Below, piece after piece: positions 46,295 through 51,795 of a stretch of 51,795 bases of DNA. How positions within the stretch are numbered: position 1 is the stretch's first letter; each line of letters opens with the position of its first letter. Source of the stretch: an uncultured archaeon (GTDB lineage: Archaea; Aenigmatarchaeota; Aenigmatarchaeia; CG10238-14; SCSR01); NCBI GenBank assembly GCA_964366355.1, contig CAYITO010000002.1, positions 1-51,795 of the forward strand, given 5' to 3'. The notes beneath the pieces were generated by a model. It was not told the origin of the DNA and searched no databases. It was given only the letters and a program-made list of their open reading frames with translations. A program made the translations under genes and the position numbers.

Positions 46295-47839
46295 ATGAAG
46301 CCTGATACCATCCTTGTACTGGATTTTGGGGGGCAATACGCTCATCTGATCGGTAGAAGAATTAGGGAAAATGGCGTCTATTCAGAAGTTGTTTCTTCCA
46401 ATATTTCTGCAGTAGATTTAGCAAACTTGTCAGCAAAATTCAATATCAAAGGCTTAATCCTATCAGGAGGGCCAGCGAGCGTTTACGATTTGGGCTCTCC
46501 TAAGATAAGCAGAACAATTGTAGATTCTAGACTGCCTCTGCTTGGACTGTGTTATGGACATCAATTGTTATCGCATGTTTTTGGCGGTAATGTAAAGAAA
46601 GCCGAGAGGAAAGAATTTGGTCATACACTCGCCCAAGTAACAAAACCAGTCTCTATCTTAAACAAGTTAAACAGGACCGAAAAAGTCTGGATGAGCCATG
46701 GCGATACTGTTTTCAGCATGCCTTCCGAGTTTGAAACCTTGGCATCAACCCCAAATTGCCCTGTAGCAGCATTCAGGCATAAGGTAAAACCCATCTTCGG
46801 AATACAATGGCATCCTGAAGTCATCCACACAGTAAATGGAGACGTGATATTCAGAAATTTCATTTTTGATATTTGCAAATGTGAAAGCAATTGGCAGCCT
46901 GTGAATTTCATCAAAAGTGCCATAAATGAGATCAAACAAGATGTTGGAAATGAAAAGGCGATAATTGCATTGAGCGGTGGTATAGACTCTTCTACTGCCG
47001 CATTGCTTGCCTCAAAAGCGCTTGGCAAGAATCTAGTTGCTGTTTTTGTTGACCATGGATTCATGAGAGAAGGTGAGACTGAAGAAATAAAAAGAATTTT
47101 CAAGAATTCAGGAATCAACTTGGTAACAGTTGATGCAAAGAAGCAATTTCTAAACAAATTGAAAGGAGTGATAGATCCTGAAGAGAAAAGAAAAATTATT
47201 GGCAATGAATTCATCAAAGTGTTTGAAAAATTTGCTGAGAAAGTTAAAGCTACCTACTTGCTACAAGGAACCATTTACCCTGATAGAATTGAATCCGGTT
47301 CTACAAAGCATTCAGACAGGATAAAAACGCATCACAATGTTGGCGGAGTGCCGGGTAAAATAAAATTCAAAAAAATTGTCGAACCTTTGAGAGATTTGTA
47401 TAAGGATGAAGTTAGGAAAATTGCTGAAGAACTGAGTATGCCGATAAACATAGTTAGAAGACAGCCGTTTCCAGGGCCTGCTTTGGCAGTCAGAATAATT
47501 GGCGAAGTTGATGAAAAGAAAATTGATATTGTGAGGAAAGCTGACAGGATTGTTACAGATGAGTTAGAAAGAAGTAATTTCCATGACAAATTATGGCAAT
47601 ATTTTGCAATTTTGACTGATACAAAAACCACGGGTGTTAAAGGCGACGCTAGAGCTTATGGGTATACGGTTGCGATAAGGGCTGTTGAAAGTAAAGAGGC
47701 TATGACTGCCAATTTTGCGAAACTGCCTTATGAAGTTCTGGAGAAAATTTCTACAAGGATAACAAATGAAGTGCCGGAAGTATCGAGAGTTGTGTATGAC
47801 ATAACTCACAAGCCCCCATCAACGATAGAATGGGAATGA
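46295..47839 (+). CDS. guaA: GMP synthase, fused glutamine amidotransferase + ATP-pyrophosphatase form (GuaA)
   Basis: N-terminal GATase (LGLCYGHQLL ... HPE) and C-terminal SGGIDSST PP-loop in a single 514-aa ORF. Confidence 0.9.
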   Translation: MKPDTILVLDFGGQYAHLIGRRIRENGVYSEVVSSNISAVDLANLSAKFNIKGLILSGGPASVYDLGSPKISRTIVDSRLPLLGLCYGHQLLSHVFGGNVKKAERKEFGHTLAQVTKPVSILNKLNRTEKVWMSHGDTVFSMPSEFETLASTPNCPVAAFRHKVKPIFGIQWHPEVIHTVNGDVIFRNFIFDICKCESNWQPVNFIKSAINEIKQDVGNEKAIIALSGGIDSSTAALLASKALGKNLVAVFVDHGFMREGETEEIKRIFKNSGINLVTVDAKKQFLNKLKGVIDPEEKRKIIGNEFIKVFEKFAEKVKATYLLQGTIYPDRIESGSTKHSDRIKTHHNVGGVPGKIKFKKIVEPLRDLYKDEVRKIAEELSMPINIVRRQPFPGPALAVRIIGEVDEKKIDIVRKADRIVTDELERSNFHDKLWQYFAILTDTKTTGVKGDARAYGYTVAIRAVESKEAMTANFAKLPYEVLEKISTRITNEVPEVSRVVYDITHKPPSTIEWE

Positions 47840-47907
47840 AACCATTATTATGCCAGTGCTTGTAAACTTTATTAATTTGTTTCAACAATTATTGATAGGA
47901 GGATGGT

Positions 47908-48207
47908 ATGACAATAGCAGTAAAAGATATTCAAGAGATGTTCAACAAGGATGTCTTCACAAGCAAAGGCGTATATTGCGGCAGGATAACTGACATGGAA
48001 CTTGATCTTTCAAGGTTCAAAGTTCGTTCGTTGGTCATCGAAGCTGCCAAAAATTCAAGTTTGGGTAAATTGGTCGGCGGCAAGAAAGGAATAATTGTTC
48101 CTTATCCTGTAGTCCAAGCGGTCGGAGATGTCGTGCTGGTAAACCACAAGATTCTATCCGGCATGTCCGAGGAACCAGGCACTGAAGCCCAGCCGGTTGA
48201 AGCTTGA
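47908..48207 (+). CDS. PRC-barrel domain protein
   Basis: 99 aa: VKDIQEMFNKDVFTSKGVYCGRITDMELDLSRFKVRSLVIE ... IIVPYPVVQAVGDVVLV. A Shine-Dalgarno-like GGAGGA lies 5 nt upstream of the start. Confidence 0.6.
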   Translation: MTIAVKDIQEMFNKDVFTSKGVYCGRITDMELDLSRFKVRSLVIEAAKNSSLGKLVGGKKGIIVPYPVVQAVGDVVLVNHKILSGMSEEPGTEAQPVEA

Positions 48208-48478
48208 TCTCATGGAAGAAGACAAAATCCCAGTGAAGACGAAAGAAGTTCCCTGGTCTAAGACTGGCGAGGCCTATATACTTACTGATACAGAGACCAA
48301 GAAGAATTATACTCTAGATCCTATTTCTTTTCTTGTGTGGGTCCAATGCGATGGCAAGACTCAAGTAGATAAGATAGTAGACATCTTTGCAGTTAATGGG
48401 AATAGGGACATAGTCAAGGCTGCCGTTTCTGGTGTGCTGGATAAGCTGGCTAATAGTGGGCTTATAAAATGGTTATAG
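48197..48478 (+). CDS. PqqD-like (RiPP-recognition-element fold) small protein
   Basis: NYTLDPISFLVWVQCDGKTQVDKIVDIFA ... DIVKAAVSGVLDKLANSGLI matches the PqqD family pattern. It overlaps the PRC-barrel gene by 11 nt. Confidence 0.55.
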   Translation: MKLDLMEEDKIPVKTKEVPWSKTGEAYILTDTETKKNYTLDPISFLVWVQCDGKTQVDKIVDIFAVNGNRDIVKAAVSGVLDKLANSGLIKWL

Positions 48479-48667
48479 CTTTCCTAGTCTAGAATTCTTT
48501 CGTATAATAAATAAATAAAAATCAAAGAAAATCAAATTTCATTCCTATATTCCCAAGCTTTCTTCTTCGTCTTCCCAATCCTCGAACGGATCGAATACAT
48601 CGTCTTTCATTGCCAACCCTCCTGAAGTTTAATTCCCCCACAAAAAAAGGAAAAGTGGGGAAGGATT

Positions 48668-49813
48668 TCATCGTATGATGTCAATCCCCAAAGTACTGCT
48701 AAGCTCTCTTACAACAGGCCTGTCGTAGCTTACTGGGCCTAGAATGTAAGGTGATTTTACTCCAGTAATTATCGCGATTACTTGGATCTTGCCCTTGAAT
48801 TCAGGCAAAATTCTTGCTCCCCAGAACACTGTTGCTGAGGGGTCCAAGTGCTGCGCTACTGTTTCACCGATGAGATTAACCTCTTCGAGCCTCATGTCTT
48901 CTCCTCCGGTGATGTGCACAAGTGCACCTGCTGAACCTGCGTAATCTACTTCCAACAACGGATTCATCAATGCTTTTGTGATTGAATCTCGTGCCCGGTC
49001 GCTGCTGTTGGATTCACCCACTCCTATTGCCGCCACCCCGCCTGCACTCATTACCGACTTTATGTCTGCGTAATCGAGGTTTACCAAGCTAGGCAGTGTT
49101 ATAGTTTCTGTGATTCCTTTTACCATGCTGGCAACGAGTTCGTCTGCTATTGCAAACGCCTGCTGGACTGATAGATTGCCTGCATATTTCAGCAGTTTGT
49201 CATTTTCAATGACTATTACTGTGTCTGTCACCTGTCTAAGGGCTGCCAAGCCGTCTTCGGCCTTGTTTATTCTTGCACCTTCGACCTTGAAAGGCATAGT
49301 TACTACTGCGATTACGATAGCTCCCGTTGACTTTGCCATCTCGCAAACCACCGGAATGCTACCTGTTCCTGTTCCTTTGCCCAAACCGGCAATGGCGAAC
49401 AGCAAATCTACACCATCGAGAACCTCTTTGATTTCATTTCTGTTCTCTTCGGCCGATTTCCTGCCTATTTCAGGATGCCCGCCGCAACCCAACCCGCGTG
49501 TCAATTCTCTACCGATGAGAATCTTCTTGTCAGCTTTACCCACGGCCAAGTGTTTCGCATCTGTATTCAAAGAAACAGTTACGGCACCTTCGACTCCCAT
49601 CTCGGTGAGTCTTGTTACAGTGTTCTGTCCTGCTCCTCCACAACCTACAACAGCGATTTGGGCCTTCTTTATTTGAAAGCCGAACTCTTGTTCTGCTAGT
49701 TTATAGTAATCAACGTTGGCAAATGTTGCACCTGAGGTTGATTCCAATTTGAACCTTGTTGTAGGAGATTCTTCGTTAGGCTTTCCTAGCGCGCTTCTTA
49801 CTATTGATTCCAT
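48668..49813 (-). CDS. ftsZ: Cell division GTPase FtsZ
   Basis: GCGGAGQN ... GLGKGTGTGS tubulin/FtsZ signature. The real start is likely the ATG at 49813, preceded by AGGAGG (49821-49826, minus strand), rather than the TTG at 49837. Confidence 0.9.
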   Translation of the reverse strand: MESIVRSALGKPNEESPTTRFKLESTSGATFANVDYYKLAEQEFGFQIKKAQIAVVGCGGAGQNTVTRLTEMGVEGAVTVSLNTDAKHLAVGKADKKILIGRELTRGLGCGGHPEIGRKSAEENRNEIKEVLDGVDLLFAIAGLGKGTGTGSIPVVCEMAKSTGAIVIAVVTMPFKVEGARINKAEDGLAALRQVTDTVIVIENDKLLKYAGNLSVQQAFAIADELVASMVKGITETITLPSLVNLDYADIKSVMSAGGVAAIGVGESNSSDRARDSITKALMNPLLEVDYAGSAGALVHITGGEDMRLEEVNLIGETVAQHLDPSATVFWGARILPEFKGKIQVIAIITGVKSPYILGPVSYDRPVVRELSSTLGIDIIR

Positions 49814-49939
49814 TTTTTCTCCTCCTATTCTCTTCAAAATATATTTTGTATCATCGAAAACCCCTTTATAAGGTTTCGATAAACTACTTTTACGAGGATT
49901 AGTCGATTATAAAAACTAGTGACTAAGACCATTCGTTAC

Positions 49940-49997
49940 AAACCCGTAGTTAAGTTCGACGTGAATTTTAAAGTTCGTTTAAACCCGTAGTTAAGTT
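49940..49997. promoter_or_regulatory. Two exact 17-bp direct repeats (aaacccgtagttaagtt at 49940-49956 and 49981-49997) upstream of ftsZ
   Basis: Read directly. The repeats are spaced 41 bp apart and lie about 125-185 bp upstream of the ftsZ start. Confidence 0.6.
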
Positions 49998-50151
49998 GAT
50001 ATCAGTAAAACTAATTTCTAGTGGGAATATTTAAAGGATTTCTAATTTATAATGTATATCTTGCAGTAGATAATTGCGGGAATTTGGAAAATTTTCGGAA
50101 AAAACACAATTAATTGTATAAAGAATTTGCTTGGATACTAGCTGTAGTTTG

Positions 50152-50184
50152 CAACACGTGTTACATTATTTGTCGCACGTGCGA
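50152..50184. promoter_or_regulatory. Tandem palindromes sharing a CACGTG core: aacacgtgtt (50152-50161) and gtcgcacgtgcgac (50171-50184)
   Basis: Read directly. They lie at the 3' boundary of the truncated PEPC ORF, in the region upstream of ftsZ. Confidence 0.5.
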
Positions 50185-50189
50185 CATCA

Positions 50190-50711
50190 TTAAAATTTTC
50201 TATATAAAAATTTTGTGCTTAACCCAAAAAACCCCTTACAGAACCCGCTCTTACAATATTTTCTTCCAGACTTGTAAAATTCCGTCACCCTAATCAACGA
50301 GTTTACTGATGTGACCATTGGTAAAGCCACTTCAAAGATAGGTGATATACCATCATTATAGAATTCCTTTGCGGCATCAAAGCTCCTTGGAATGGATTCC
50401 AAAGTTTCTATGAGAATCTTCGCCTCATTCTTCTCCACATCAGGATTAGGCACTCTGAGTGTTAGGAAGAAATCTTTACCAAGCACATTTCTTGAAAAGA
50501 AGGGCTCGTATCTGGTGAAAAGCTTCTTGACAACATAATTGTCCACTTCCTTGCCTTCGCAGTCCCATAATTGCTCCTGGCATTTCAAGTGTGAATAGGC
50601 ATAAAAGGCTTCCTTTATCTCATCCTCTCCTTCTAGTATAGAATTTGTAGCAAAGAATGGTGTACGCACATTATCGGGATGTTGTGTTGACATTGTTCTT
50701 GGTATCTGCAT
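50190..50711 (-). pseudogene. Archaeal-type phosphoenolpyruvate carboxylase, N-terminal remnant (about 150 of roughly 500 aa)
   Basis: IPRTMSTQHPDN ... EAFYAYSHLKCQEQLWDCEGKEVDNYVVKKLF ... LRVPNPDVEKNEAKILIETLESIPRSFD matches the archaeal PEPC N-terminus. Similarity is lost near the 3' end, and no continuation ORF exists before ftsZ. Confidence 0.55.
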
Positions 50712-50766
50712 TAGGTAAAATTGTGTGGAAATTTCTATTAATAGTTTAGATTTTCTATATGATTTT

Positions 50767-51057
50767 ATGCCAGACTACTGGAAGATTGACAAAGAATTGG
50801 TAAAGCGTGTTGCCGAAAATTCGAAACTAAAACTGACAGATGAAGAGATGGAAAAATTTACCAAACAACTATCAGATGTGCTCACTACTTTCAGAAAACT
50901 TGACGAAGTTGACACCAAAGATGTAAAGGCGTCCTTCCATCCGCAGGAGATGAAAAATGTCTTTAGAGATGACAAGGCAGTGGATTGGAAGTGGCAGCCT
51001 CTAGCCAACACCAAGCACAAGGAAGGAAAGCATTTCAAAGGACCGAAGATCGTATGA
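50767..51057 (+). CDS. gatC: Glu/Asp-tRNA amidotransferase subunit C (GatC)
   Basis: IDKELVKRVAENSKLKLTDEEMEKFTKQLSDVLTTFRKLDEVDTKDV ... is the GatC pattern. The start is assumed to be the Met at 50767. Confidence 0.7.
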   Translation: MPDYWKIDKELVKRVAENSKLKLTDEEMEKFTKQLSDVLTTFRKLDEVDTKDVKASFHPQEMKNVFRDDKAVDWKWQPLANTKHKEGKHFKGPKIV

Positions 51058-51795
51058 AGTCTGTTTCTGTAAAGCAGTTTCTACAAGATACGAGAGATGG
51101 TAATATAGATTTGGGAGACTTTTTCTCCAAAGTCATTGAGAAAAACGAAGTCATCCAGGAGAAATATGGTGCATTTATCACATTTTTACAGAAGCTTGAG
51201 GCGCCAAGGAAGAAAGGCGTTTTATACGGATTGCCTCTATCAGTAAAAGACAACATCTGCACTAGGAACATTCAAACAACTGCGGGCAGCAGGATACTTG
51301 AAGGGTACATGCCTCCGTTCGATGCTACGGCTGTTGATTGGACAAAGAATGAAGGGGCTGTAGTCATAGGCAAGACTGTGATGGATGAGTTTGGTTTTGG
51401 TACTTTTTCTGTCAATTCTGCCTACGGCATCCCCAAAAATCCGTTGGATGCAGACAGGACATGTGGTGGCAGCAGCGGTGGGGCATCCTGTTTGACATTA
51501 GCCGCCGACTTTCCGCATGTTGCTTTAGCCGAATCTACCGGTGGGAGCATATCATGCCCGGCAGCATTTACTGGCACTGTAGGATTGACCCCTACATACG
51601 GATTGGTTTCACGTTGGGGTTTGATTGATTATGCCAACAGTCTTGATAAGATCGGCTGCATAGGTAAGGCTGTTTATGATGTAGCGCTACTGTTGTCTGC
51701 CATAGCTGGCAGCGATGCGCAAGATTCTACCTCATTAACCACATCCAAACAAGACTATACAAAATATCTTGTAAAAAATGTCAAAGGTATGAAGA
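51054..51795 (+). CDS. gatA: Glu/Asp-tRNA amidotransferase subunit A (GatA, amidase signature), 3' end outside the window
   Basis: Its ATG overlaps the gatC stop (ATGA). It contains the amidase signature GGSSGGASCL ... and runs to the window edge. Confidence 0.8.
   Translation, partial: MKSVSVKQFLQDTRDGNIDLGDFFSKVIEKNEVIQEKYGAFITFLQKLEAPRKKGVLYGLPLSVKDNICTRNIQTTAGSRILEGYMPPFDATAVDWTKNEGAVVIGKTVMDEFGFGTFSVNSAYGIPKNPLDADRTCGGSSGGASCLTLAADFPHVALAESTGGSISCPAAFTGTVGLTPTYGLVSRWGLIDYANSLDKIGCIGKAVYDVALLLSAIAGSDAQDSTSLTTSKQDYTKYLVKNVKGMK

Noticed and set aside
48541-48667. The acidic tail peptide downstream of ftsZ, considered as a missing FtsZ C-terminal extension, that is a frameshifted ftsZ end.
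   Set aside because: The FtsZ ORF ends with a normal stop. The micro-ORF is in a different frame and 57 nt away, so it is treated as a separate speculative micro-ORF instead.

Overview
This window reads as a gene-dense chromosomal segment from an AT-rich archaeon. The archaeal calls rest on an archaeal type-II GAPDH in a pgk-gap-tpiA operon, two PurP paralogs, an archaeal-type PEP carboxylase remnant, a split GatC/GatA, FtsZ with Shine-Dalgarno-like sites, and two intron-containing tRNAs. Folate-type C1 genes (FolD, 5-formyl-THF cyclo-ligase, PurH) suggest a folate-using euryarchaeon, possibly Thermoplasmata-like; that lineage guess is low confidence.

The backbone is a scattered de novo purine locus: purH', folD, purM, purQ, purL, purS, purE, purA, purC, purB, purP x2 and guaA. 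Housekeeping genes sit alongside it: ald, scpB, dCMP deaminase, pgk-gap-tpiA, nth, an Lhr-like helicase, mgtC, tmk, ftsZ and gatCA.

Accessory modules are interleaved with this backbone:
- Five type II toxin-antitoxin loci: two VapBC and three RelE/ParE-type. One RelE is frameshifted, and one RelE is convergent with an orphan antitoxin.
- A small cassette of two divergent winged-helix genes.
- A cell-surface island: a heavily N-sequon-rich S-layer-like glycoprotein, a GT2, methyltransferases, and duplicated GT-C-like membrane proteins joined by a ~400-bp gene-conversion tract.
- Two secreted Cys-rich proteins carrying domains usually seen in eukaryotes or bacteria (somatomedin-B-like modules on an esterase, and an Excalibur domain).
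- An ATP-cone/Mrr-nuclease/HhH fusion gene.
- A solo Cas2-like ORF with a palindromic operator, abutting a tRNA gene.

The most distinctive sequence-level signal is recurrent. Small cassettes are bracketed by 17-41-bp direct repeats, and in two cases the repeat is a decayed duplicate of the first 30-40 nt of the downstream gene (purC, and the ATP-cone nuclease gene). This points to an unrecognised cassette-insertion process acting on this locus.

No CRISPR array, rRNA, transposase or integrase was detected.
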